From the NCBI GenBank assembly GCA_024762655.1, contig JANTHB010000002.1:8007-72006 (forward strand): a stretch of DNA of 64,000 nucleotides, in the 5' to 3' direction. A program made the translations under genes and the position numbers. Below are positions 30,242 to 38,113 of the stretch, piece after piece. This DNA is from Bacteroidales bacterium (lineage in GTDB: Bacteria > Bacteroidota > Bacteroidia > Bacteroidales > VadinHA17). The notes beneath the pieces were generated by a model. That model made no database searches. It saw nothing but the letters and a program-made list of their open reading frames with translations, and had not been told where the DNA came from. Each line of letters opens with the position of its first letter. The stretch's first letter is position 1.

Positions 30242-31423
30242 ATGAAAAAGAAACATACAGGATTCAACACCCGCATGGTCCATGCGGGTTCTCCGGAAGA
30301 TCAGTGGGGTAGTGCGGTTGTGCCGATCTATCAGACTTCAACATTTTCTTTTGAAAATGCCCGTCACGGGGCGGATCTTTTTGCCGGGAGAGAAAAGGGA
30401 TATATTTATACGCGTATCGGGAATCCTACCATTCAGGCATTGGAGGATAATATTGCATCTCTCGAGAACGGATACGGAGGTATCGCCACCGCTTCGGGAA
30501 TGGGAGCTGTGTCGACCGTCTATCTCTCATTGCTCGGGAAAGACAGCCATATGATCAGCACAGCTTCTGTATACGGGCCCTCGAGAAGTATCATGGAAAA
30601 ATATTTTTCCCGCTATGGCGTAGCTGCCTCTTATGTACATACCTCGGATCTTGAGAATATTAAAAAAAATATCCGGCCCGAAACCGTACTGCTCTATCTG
30701 GAGACCCCCTCAAACCCCACCATGGAGCTGACAGACATAGCATCTGCCGCTGCTTTAGCACATGAACATGGGATTACCGTGGTTGTGGATAATACTTTTT
30801 CCAGCCCATGGCTCCAGAATCCTCTGGACCTCGGTGCCGATGTCGTGCTTCATTCTGTCACAAAATTCATCAATGGTCATGCAGATGTAGTTGGAGGGAT
30901 TATTGTACCCAAAACGAAAGAACTGTATGACCGGATACGGCCGGTAATGGTTGGGTTCGGTTATAATATGGACCCACATCAGGCTTTCCTGGTACACCGG
31001 GGTGTTAAAACGCTTTCCCTGCGTATCGACAAAGCCCAGAAAAGTGCCATGGAAATAGCACGGTGGCTGGAGAAACATCCGAAAGTGGAATGGGTGAAAT
31101 ATCCCGGGCTCCCGTCACATCCGCAATATGAACTGGCCAGAAAACAAATGAAGGGGTCCGGCACCATGATCAGTTTTGAGTTGAAGGGAGGTTACAAGGC
31201 CGGAGAAGAACTGATGAACCATATGCAGATCGCTTTGTTAGCTGTATCTCTGGGAGGAGTAGAGACCCTGATACAGCACCCTGCTTCCATGACCCACTCC
31301 GGACTACCCGCCGAAGAACGGTTGGAGGCGGGAATCACAGACGGTCTCGTCCGCTATTCCGTAGGTATTGAAAACGTTGAAGATCTCCTCGAAGATTTGG
31401 AACAGGCCCTTGACCGGGTATAA
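30242..31423 (+). CDS. Cys/Met-metabolism PLP enzyme, methionine gamma-lyase-like
   Basis: GYIYTRIGNPT, the PLP-lysine motif HSVTKFINGHAD, and 393 aa. Assignment to MGL rather than CGS or OAH sulfhydrylase rests on motif resemblance only. Confidence 0.78.
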   Translation: MKKKHTGFNTRMVHAGSPEDQWGSAVVPIYQTSTFSFENARHGADLFAGREKGYIYTRIGNPTIQALEDNIASLENGYGGIATASGMGAVSTVYLSLLGKDSHMISTASVYGPSRSIMEKYFSRYGVAASYVHTSDLENIKKNIRPETVLLYLETPSNPTMELTDIASAAALAHEHGITVVVDNTFSSPWLQNPLDLGADVVLHSVTKFINGHADVVGGIIVPKTKELYDRIRPVMVGFGYNMDPHQAFLVHRGVKTLSLRIDKAQKSAMEIARWLEKHPKVEWVKYPGLPSHPQYELARKQMKGSGTMISFELKGGYKAGEELMNHMQIALLAVSLGGVETLIQHPASMTHSGLPAEERLEAGITDGLVRYSVGIENVEDLLEDLEQALDRV

Positions 31424-31434
31424 AAATATCACGA

Positions 31435-31456
31435 CCTACGTAGGCGCCTACGTAGG
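31435..31456. repeat. 22-bp perfect palindrome made of two self-complementary 10-mers; possible bidirectional terminator
   Basis: CCTACGTAGG-CG-CCTACGTAGG. It lies 12 nt after the stop of the gamma-lyase-like gene and is followed by CCGTTTTGGGG, between convergent genes. Confidence 0.6.
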
Positions 31457-31572
31457 CCGTTTTGGGGTTCAACTGTACCTGTAACACTTGTGGAAGACCA
31501 GCTTCGTGGTGTCTTTTACGGTTAGCATGTTCTCCTTTTCGTCTGTCTTTTGGTAGCCATCCTACCGCATTC

Positions 31573-32184
31573 CTAGCATCCTCCCGACGGGGCTGCAACC
31601 TTTTTTCTTCTTGGAACCACGAGCTTCGAAGCAACTTTGGGTTGACTCACGGGGACATTCCCTTTGAAATAGGAAGCATAATCATATTTAGGATACTCGT
31701 CAAAACATTTTCCGGCAACAATGGGAGGCATTATCTTTCCGGTGATGTAATAGTCATATCCTCCAAGCATTACTTTTACCTTCTGATATCCCAATTGTTT
31801 CAAAAGCATCCAGGGAGCACAGGCTTTGACTTCATCATCTGCATACAAAACCACTTGCTTATCCTTCTGGTGCAGCACAGAGTTATACTTTTTCTCAAGG
31901 ATATCCGGTAGAGGAATATTTACCGCATCATCAATATGTCCGATAATATAGTCTTTCGGTGGGCGCAAATCAACCAGCAGGAGGGAAGGATCCCCTTTTT
32001 TTATAATATCCCGGATGCTGTCGGGGGTTAAGACATCTTTTTTGGACATCGCTTCAGCCAGCATCTCCTGAGGTGTCAACTTATAATATGCCACCGGCTT
32101 TTTGGAAAAAATAAAACCGGGAATAACCATCAGCAGAAGAAGGATTCCGGCCCAGTGATTAGCGTTCAAATGAATTTTCCCCAT
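31573..32184 (-). CDS. Membrane-anchored rhodanese-homology protein lacking the catalytic-loop Cys, with a C-terminal RRKK...SGGC tail
   Basis: N-terminal hydrophobic anchor (WAGILLLLMVIPGFIF). Rhodanese fold motifs are present (LLLVDLRPPKDYIIGHIDDAVNIP ... LKQLGYQKVKVMLGGYDYY). The active-site position reads LYADDEVKA. The protein ends VVPRRKKVAAPSGGC-TAG. Confidence 0.8.
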   Translation of the reverse strand: MGKIHLNANHWAGILLLLMVIPGFIFSKKPVAYYKLTPQEMLAEAMSKKDVLTPDSIRDIIKKGDPSLLLVDLRPPKDYIIGHIDDAVNIPLPDILEKKYNSVLHQKDKQVVLYADDEVKACAPWMLLKQLGYQKVKVMLGGYDYYITGKIMPPIVAGKCFDEYPKYDYASYFKGNVPVSQPKVASKLVVPRRKKVAAPSGGC

Positions 32185-32278
32185 AATATTTTAGTTCTAG
32201 GTTTCTTGTTCTGAATTCTGAATAAGCAGTTCAAAAAATTTTCATCCGTTCAACAATCATCATTAGAGGACCCTTTTC

Positions 32279-32893
32279 CTAGCATCCTCCTGAGGCAGTT
32301 ACTTTTTTCTTTCTCCGGGGAACGACCTTCACCGGTGTTTGTTTCTTCACCGGATTTATTGCCGTTCCTCCCTGGAAGAATCTACAGGCAGCGACTCTGA
32401 AATCATACTGTTCAAATGCTTCCGCAGGAGCCGATGTGGGAGGTTTGGGAGGTACCATGATCGTTTCCACCCACCGGTTTAGTCCCCCTTTCATTACATA
32501 GGTATTTTGGTATCCCAACCGGCGGGTTAGTACCCAGGCCTGATTGGCACGTATGGTCCCATTGGAGTAAAATACATGTTTCTGATCGTTTTCACTGATA
32601 AGATCCAGGTTTTGTTCATCCAGTATGTGAGTCAATGGAATATGAACGGCATTGGGTAGATGAAACTTTACATATTCTAGCGAATCCCTTACATCGATTA
32701 ATTGGAGACTGGGATCCTGCCCGACGATCATTCCGGCCACCTCATCGGTAGAGAAGAAACGCGTATCGTCTTTTATGGCCAGCAGGAGATTTTGTGGTGA
32801 AAGCTCTTTTTGCTCAGGCCGTTCCGGAAGCAACCATACCAGAAAAGCAATGCCTATGGCTACGGTTGTTAAAAAAATGGTTCCTTTCTGCAT
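32279..32893 (-). CDS. Membrane-anchored rhodanese-homology protein lacking the catalytic-loop Cys, with a C-terminal RRKKK...SGGC tail (paralogue)
   Basis: N-terminal anchor (IFLTTVAIGIAFLVWLL). Rhodanese motifs are present (LQLIDVRDSLEYVKFHLPNAVHIP ... RRLGYQNTYVMKGGLNRW). The active-site position reads FYSNGTIRA. The protein ends VVPRRKKKVTASGGC-TAG. Confidence 0.8.
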   Translation of the reverse strand: MQKGTIFLTTVAIGIAFLVWLLPERPEQKELSPQNLLLAIKDDTRFFSTDEVAGMIVGQDPSLQLIDVRDSLEYVKFHLPNAVHIPLTHILDEQNLDLISENDQKHVFYSNGTIRANQAWVLTRRLGYQNTYVMKGGLNRWVETIMVPPKPPTSAPAEAFEQYDFRVAACRFFQGGTAINPVKKQTPVKVVPRRKKKVTASGGC

Positions 32894-32913
32894 GATATTA
32901 TAATTATATCAGA

Positions 32914-33504
32914 TTAATAGTCCGGTTTTTTTACTCTTTTTTCAATCAACGGAACTGCATAAAACATTCCGACAGCTATGAGGATCAGGAGAAAAGTAAA
33001 AAATCCGCGGCTCATGCCCAGGCTGTCGTAGACTTTGATTCCTCCTTCATTTCCGCTGTTCACAAAATTCTGGATCAGGGGATAGGTCTCGCCATAGATA
33101 AAAGCGCCGACGAATAATCCAAAAACAAGCATCAAAGCATCCAGCTTTCCAATGGAAGCGGCAGCAAAGCCTGTCCCCGGACAAAAACCGCCGGTTACAA
33201 AACCCAGCCCCATAATCAGTCCTCCAACAATAGCTGCGCCCCAGTAGGTGGGTTGGACATATAATTGTCCTACATCAATCCATCCGAAATAGTCAAACAG
33301 GACGATTCCGGCGGCGGCTGTGGCCCCGGCGGTAAAGAAGACCCTGAGTACAACGAAGTCATATCCGTAAAACAATCCCACCAGATTTCTGGATGAGGAA
33401 AACCCTGCAGCTTCCAGGATGTATCCGAAGCCTATGCCCAATAACAGGGCTATGATAAAATTCCATTCCGGTGCGATGATTCCCTGTGGTATTAATGGTC
33501 CCAT
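32914..33504 (-). CDS. YeeE/YedE-family sulfur-compound transport protein (half-size)
   Basis: Polytopic and Gly-rich, with the conserved GGFCPG motif (GFVTGGFCPGTGFAA). The ATG at 33504 is preferred and leaves a 10-nt gap to the upstream gene. Confidence 0.8.
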   Translation of the reverse strand: MGPLIPQGIIAPEWNFIIALLLGIGFGYILEAAGFSSSRNLVGLFYGYDFVVLRVFFTAGATAAAGIVLFDYFGWIDVGQLYVQPTYWGAAIVGGLIMGLGFVTGGFCPGTGFAAASIGKLDALMLVFGLFVGAFIYGETYPLIQNFVNSGNEGGIKVYDSLGMSRGFFTFLLILIAVGMFYAVPLIEKRVKKPDY

Positions 33505-33514
33505 AACTTTTATT

Positions 33515-34057
33515 TTATATCCAAAGTTTTCTGAAAAAGTAAGCAAACATATAAGCACCGCCGAAAATGGCCAGCATGGTCACAAAACCTCCTGTAGCCA
33601 GGACGGCCATCCCACCCAGAGCTGCGCCACTGGTACAACCGCGGGCCATAGAAGCTCCGTATTCAAAAAGAATTCCACCGATAAAGGCAAATAACAATCT
33701 CTTTCGAGAGGTGATTTTAGGAGAATGTTCCACCGTAAACTTCAGCCGTCCGCTCAGAGCTCCTGAAATAAAGCCTCCAATGATCAAACCCAGTACTTCA
33801 AAATTCAGAAAATCTTTTAACGGACCTCCCGGCTTATTCGTATATTTACTGTAAAATACAGAATGTTCGGTATGCCCGGGGGCCAACACATGGACTGTTG
33901 CCGCCGTAATCCGTTTGGGCACCCCGCTGGCCCCGAGGCCTCTTCCCGAGAAATAAAAAGCTGCAATAAGGACAAACCCCAGTATCACCCCTGCCAGGTA
34001 TGGGTTCATGTACTTTTTCGGATCCGGATTGGGCTTTTTAACATCTTTTTTTTCCAT
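33515..34057 (-). CDS. YeeE/YedE-family sulfur-compound transport protein (half-size)
   Basis: Polytopic, with motifs GASGVP and GASMARGCTSGAALGG (conserved Cys). It pairs with the neighbouring half. Confidence 0.8.
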   Translation of the reverse strand: MEKKDVKKPNPDPKKYMNPYLAGVILGFVLIAAFYFSGRGLGASGVPKRITAATVHVLAPGHTEHSVFYSKYTNKPGGPLKDFLNFEVLGLIIGGFISGALSGRLKFTVEHSPKITSRKRLLFAFIGGILFEYGASMARGCTSGAALGGMAVLATGGFVTMLAIFGGAYMFAYFFRKLWI

Positions 34058-34068
34058 AATATCTTATT

Positions 34069-35010
34069 TTAATACAAATACCTCGTTATCTGACCGGCCT
34101 CGACCATGATCAGCCGGAACATCAAACCGCCGAACAGTACCAGGAAGGCCGGGACGGCAGCCGGGATCCTGTAACCTTTCCATTCCAGTATCTCCAGAAA
34201 AGCGGGAAGCAACAGCCCCAGGATCATCACAAAGGTCCAGAAGGGGACCGTAAAAGGTCCTCCCAGGAAGAGTTTGGCAGCTTCTATCTGTACTGCTGAG
34301 CTGGCAAGAAAGCCCATAAACATATGTATGATGAAAAACACCTCAATGGTTATCAACAGCAAATCTATTCGTCCGAAAAGTTTTTTCTCTTCATGATCTT
34401 TGGACATCCACATGATTGTTGCAGCCCCGGTAGAGAGTCCGGAGGTCAGGAACAGCGGGCCCAGAATGGATGTGTTCCACAGAGGCCGGGCATTAAAGGC
34501 AGACAGAAGGATGCCGGTATAAATACCCAATATGACGGCCAGCACAATCATCAGCCAGGCAAAGGGTCTGCGGTTTTTTATGACCCATGCTTCGAAATCG
34601 TTTAGCCATTTGAACTTCCAGTCCCATGAAGGTACCAGCTCACGCAGATAGCTGGCGCTCCAGACAAAGGAGAGAGGAGTGATGATCAACAGGGCCCAGG
34701 CTCCCCAGGACATGGGGGACTCCAGACGGATGGTGGTGTACAGGCGCCAGAAAAACAATTTATGCCGTAGGTCCAGGAAAAGGGCTGCCAACCCGATTAC
34801 CAGGGCAATGGGAGTAATGAAAGAGGCCCATTTCACGGCCGTCGGCGCTTTATCTTCCTTTCCCATGATAACATACAGGGAGGAAAAAAAGATCAATCCG
34901 GCAGCCAGCCCTCCCAGGAAAAGATAGAGTGGGATTTGCCAATGCCATAGCGTCAGGTGGGGGTCTACACCGGGAATATTTCTTCCGCTGACAATCAATT
35001 CTTCTTTCAT
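34069..35010 (-). CDS. NrfD/PsrC-type membrane anchor subunit of a molybdopterin oxidoreductase
   Basis: About 8 hydrophobic helices and an NrfD-like start (HLTLWHWQIPLYLFLGGLAAG). It follows the 4Fe-4S subunit after an 11-nt gap. The ATG at 35010 is preferred. Confidence 0.85.
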   Translation of the reverse strand: MKEELIVSGRNIPGVDPHLTLWHWQIPLYLFLGGLAAGLIFFSSLYVIMGKEDKAPTAVKWASFITPIALVIGLAALFLDLRHKLFFWRLYTTIRLESPMSWGAWALLIITPLSFVWSASYLRELVPSWDWKFKWLNDFEAWVIKNRRPFAWLMIVLAVILGIYTGILLSAFNARPLWNTSILGPLFLTSGLSTGAATIMWMSKDHEEKKLFGRIDLLLITIEVFFIIHMFMGFLASSAVQIEAAKLFLGGPFTVPFWTFVMILGLLLPAFLEILEWKGYRIPAAVPAFLVLFGGLMFRLIMVEAGQITRYLY

Positions 35011-35021
35011 TGCATCATTAT

Positions 35022-35555
35022 TTAAATGAGATAAAAAATCTGTGGTTTTGTTCCGGCTTCCGGAGCAAGCACTTTCCATTTACGTTCGGCAACCACCTTT
35101 GAAACATCGCTGTTGGGATCGTCCAGGTCGCCGAAATAAAGACAATGAGTAGGACATACCTCCACACAGGCGGGATCCTCTCCTTTTTCCACCCGGTGAA
35201 TACAAAAAGTACATTTATCCACAAACCCATCGGGATGCGGGTACCTGGCATCGTACGGGCACGCTTCCATGCAGGCTCCGCATCCGATACATTCTTCGGG
35301 GGTCACCAGCACGATACCTCCTTCGACGATATGACTGGCGCCGGTGGGGCAACAACGCACACAGGGGGCATTTTCACAATGGTTACACCGTTCCGAACGA
35401 ATCTCCATCTCCACTTTGGGGTAGGTTCCGGCCACATTCTCCACAATCCAGTCACGGGCATATCCCAGAGGTACATTGTTTTCCGTCTGGCAGGCTACCA
35501 CACAGTCGGAGCAACCTACACATTTTTTCGTATCTACTGCCATTGCATATCTCAT
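35022..35555 (-). CDS. 4Fe-4S ferredoxin-type electron-transfer subunit (PsrB/PhsB-like)
   Basis: Four Cys clusters: CVGCSDCVVAC, CNHCENAPCVRCCP, CIGCGACMEACP and CTFC...ACVEVCP. A 4-nt overlap links it to the catalytic subunit gene. Confidence 0.9.
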   Translation of the reverse strand: MRYAMAVDTKKCVGCSDCVVACQTENNVPLGYARDWIVENVAGTYPKVEMEIRSERCNHCENAPCVRCCPTGASHIVEGGIVLVTPEECIGCGACMEACPYDARYPHPDGFVDKCTFCIHRVEKGEDPACVEVCPTHCLYFGDLDDPNSDVSKVVAERKWKVLAPEAGTKPQIFYLI

Positions 35556-37792
35556 GATGCCACCTCCTTTCCGGGATTCTCAGTTAAAAATGTCACAAAA
35601 TTACCCCGCATACCGGTTCCGCCCATGACAGGATCCATGGCTACTTTTGTCACCAGCTCACTGTCACTGGCGCCATGGCCGTAGGCCCGCGTAAGACGCT
35701 TTTCAGTATGTCCGAAACCATGCACCATGTATACCGAATCCCAACGGATCCGTTCGGTTATCCTCACTTTTATGGGGAAAGAAGAGATTACCCCATCCTG
35801 GTTTTTCAACCATACATATTGACCGTTCTTCAGATCCCATAATTTGGCCACTTTGGGATTTACCCAAACCAAATTCTCTTTTTTTATCTCCCACAAATTG
35901 GGATTATTGGCTGTACGGCTGAAGGTATGCATGGGGGCTCTTCCGTAGTTCAGCCGGTAATAACCGGGCGGAGGTTCAGGATGTGGGGTGAAATTCGGCA
36001 GAGGATCAAAATTTTCTTTCGCCAGTTCGGTGGAATATAACTCGATTTTTCCCGTATTGGTGTTAAACTCAAACTCCTCTCCGTTCAGGAAGTACAGATC
36101 ATCATACTCCCTTTTCAGCTTTTTCACGCCTATCCGTTTCATTTCTTCGAGGGAAGACCCGACCTGTTTTAATTGCCAATCCAGCAACTCTTCGATGTTC
36201 TTCCAGGGGAAATATGCCTCCAGGCCCAACCGTTTCCCCAGTTCTTTGGCGATCCACCAGTTGGGTTTGGAGTCGTACAGCGGTTCGGATGCCGGCATAC
36301 GCAAAGCAATATGAGGTTCCCTGTGAGGAGAAGTGCGGATCACATCGTATCTCTCGAGATAGGTGCATTCGGGCAGCACCACATCGGCATAACTGGCAGT
36401 ATCCATTGGCATGGTATCTATGACTACCAGGAGTTCAAGATTATCAATGGCTTTCAGTGTTTTTCCCTGATCAGGCAGCGATGCCATCAGATTGGTGCCA
36501 TACACGATCCACCCCTTCAGGTTACAATCCAGATCGGGATTGGGGATGGTTGCGTCACAAATACCGGTAGAGAGGACTTCATTGACCAGGTTATACTGAC
36601 CGGGAAAAGCATCCTTCCAGGTACGTTTGGGTTTGGGGTAATCAGGTCCCGGGAATTTAGGCAGATGAACAGATTCCGGCACATAAAAGCCGCCTCTGCG
36701 TCCCCACGATCCCAATAAAGCATTCAGGATTGCAATCGCACGCGAACGTTGCGTATCATCTCCATACCAGGTAACATGCCGGCCGGGATGGACAATAACA
36801 GCCGGAGCGGCATGAGCCATCTCCCGGGCGGTTTTACGGATAATATCCGGCTCAATGGTGGTAATACCATAGGCCCATTCCGGGGTTTTATCCCTGACAT
36901 GATCTTTCAGCTCGTTAAAGCCGAATGTGTATTTTTTTACATACTCTTTATCATACAATTCCTCATTGATGATAACATGGATCCAGGCCAGTAATAAGGC
37001 AATATCAGTGGCGGGTTTGATAGGAAGCCAGTATTTTGAATGCGAAGCGGCCGTACTGTAACGGGGATCTACCGTAATGATCGTAGCTCCTTTGTCAATA
37101 GCTGCCGACATCTCCTGTATCTGTCCGTTATGCATATTTTCGCCGATATGCGATCCGATCAGCACCAGGCACCGGGTATCCCGTATGTCGGTTCGTTCGG
37201 GAGACATTACATCTTCTCCATAGGTGGCCGTAAAGCCCACCTCACGCGGCCCGCGGCACTGGGCAAAGGAAGGAGCGGCAATATTGGGAGAGCCAAAAGC
37301 CTTTAAGGTATGACTGATCATCTTCCCACCGGTTCCATGAGAAAACAATGCCACACATTCGGGGCCGTGCTTTTCCTTGATGTCCTGCATCTTATTGGCG
37401 ATGTAATCCAGTGCCTCCTCCCAGGAAGCTTCCCTGAATACCTGGCTGCCCGGTTTTCCTTCACGGATCAGGGGCTTTTTCAACCGGTCTTCATCATAAT
37501 ACATCCCGATGCCACCTGTACCGCGGGGACATAGCCGGCCATTGCAATGGGGATCGTTTTCGTTGCCAATAATTTTTTTGATTTTTCCCTTTTTGTCCGT
37601 GTATACCCATCCTGCACACTTCCAGAAACAAACCTCACAATAGGTAGGGGTGCGGTGCAGTTTTTCACCGGGATGTATCGTGCCATCACCCGTAACCTGG
37701 GAAAAAGCCTTCATCGCCGGTTTGGCGAATAATAACGAACCGGCCCCGGCTCCGGATATCTTAATGAAATCCCTTCGTGTTGTGTGCTTCAT
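35552..37792 (-). CDS. Molybdopterin (bis-MGD) oxidoreductase catalytic subunit, polysulfide/thiosulfate-reductase-like (PsrA/PhsA family)
   Basis: Tat signal (TRRDFIKISGAGAGSLLFAKPAMKA) and an N-terminal FS0 motif (CEVCFWKC...C). The candidate Mo-ligand region is SFAQCRGP. Length 746 aa. The substrate cannot be fixed from sequence. Confidence 0.85.
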   Translation of the reverse strand: MKHTTRRDFIKISGAGAGSLLFAKPAMKAFSQVTGDGTIHPGEKLHRTPTYCEVCFWKCAGWVYTDKKGKIKKIIGNENDPHCNGRLCPRGTGGIGMYYDEDRLKKPLIREGKPGSQVFREASWEEALDYIANKMQDIKEKHGPECVALFSHGTGGKMISHTLKAFGSPNIAAPSFAQCRGPREVGFTATYGEDVMSPERTDIRDTRCLVLIGSHIGENMHNGQIQEMSAAIDKGATIITVDPRYSTAASHSKYWLPIKPATDIALLLAWIHVIINEELYDKEYVKKYTFGFNELKDHVRDKTPEWAYGITTIEPDIIRKTAREMAHAAPAVIVHPGRHVTWYGDDTQRSRAIAILNALLGSWGRRGGFYVPESVHLPKFPGPDYPKPKRTWKDAFPGQYNLVNEVLSTGICDATIPNPDLDCNLKGWIVYGTNLMASLPDQGKTLKAIDNLELLVVIDTMPMDTASYADVVLPECTYLERYDVIRTSPHREPHIALRMPASEPLYDSKPNWWIAKELGKRLGLEAYFPWKNIEELLDWQLKQVGSSLEEMKRIGVKKLKREYDDLYFLNGEEFEFNTNTGKIELYSTELAKENFDPLPNFTPHPEPPPGYYRLNYGRAPMHTFSRTANNPNLWEIKKENLVWVNPKVAKLWDLKNGQYVWLKNQDGVISSFPIKVRITERIRWDSVYMVHGFGHTEKRLTRAYGHGASDSELVTKVAMDPVMGGTGMRGNFVTFLTENPGKEVAS

Positions 37793-37847
37793 AGTAATAA
37801 ATCAATTTTATCCCGTTACCTTATAATTGAAATTATTTATATAGAGA

Positions 37848-37855
37848 CAAATTTA
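37848..37855 (-). promoter_or_regulatory. Candidate -7 box (TAAATTTG on the minus strand) for the psr-like operon
   Basis: CAAATTTA on the plus strand, 56 nt upstream of the ATG at 37792 and 9 nt downstream of the CRP/FNR-like palindrome. Confidence 0.35.
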
Positions 37856-37860
37856 TCTAT

Positions 37861-37880
37861 TTGATGTGAATCTTATCACG
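37861..37880. promoter_or_regulatory. CRP/FNR-family operator-like site upstream of the psr-like operon
   Basis: TGTGA-atctta-TCACG (37865-37880) matches TGTGA-N6-TCACA at 9/10. An overlapping alternative, TTGAT-gtga-ATCTT (37861-37874), matches TTGAT-N4-ATCAA at 8/10. Confidence 0.45.
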
Positions 37881-38113
37881 ATTTTAGGAAGCCCTCGTAT
37901 TATAAACAGCTTTCCGGAATGCAGAAGGAGTTGTAAGGTGCGCTAAAACAGGAGATTGGGGTTATTTAGAATGTATATAAATTTCTATATATGTTGTTAA
38001 ACATATATTTTATTCGTATTTGCGGATAACAAAACACACGCCGGGATAGCCTCTCCTGTACCATTCAAACAGAAGAAAATGGAAGGAGATTAAAAGGATG
38101 CCCGTATGAACCA

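Noticed and set aside
31516-31575. Possible stop-codon read-through or selenocysteine at the GGC-TAG ends of the rhodanese-like genes. Read-through of the first would add ECGRMATKRQTKRRTC-stop, again ending in Cys.
   Set aside because: The stops are TAG, not TGA. No SECIS-like element was seen. The paralogue's read-through peptide is unrelated. The resemblance of the extension is probably coincidence or a relic.
32277-32291. A 15-nt exact repeat TTCCTAGCATCCTCC at 31570-31584 and 32277-32291.
   Set aside because: It is explained by the identical C-terminal codons (GGA GGA TGC TAG) and stop context of two paralogous genes. It is not an independent repeat element.
37881-38113. Possible Moco riboswitch or other leader RNA in the 321-nt region upstream of the molybdoenzyme operon.
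   Set aside because: On the psr strand only a short stretch (CUCCUUCUGCAUUCCGGAAAGCUGU) loosely resembles the 3' part of the E. coli moaA Moco motif as I remember it. I could not trace the multi-stem architecture or a following terminator. Part of the region is simply the 3' flank of the regulator gene. A covariance-model scan (Rfam RF01055) would be needed, so it is not called.
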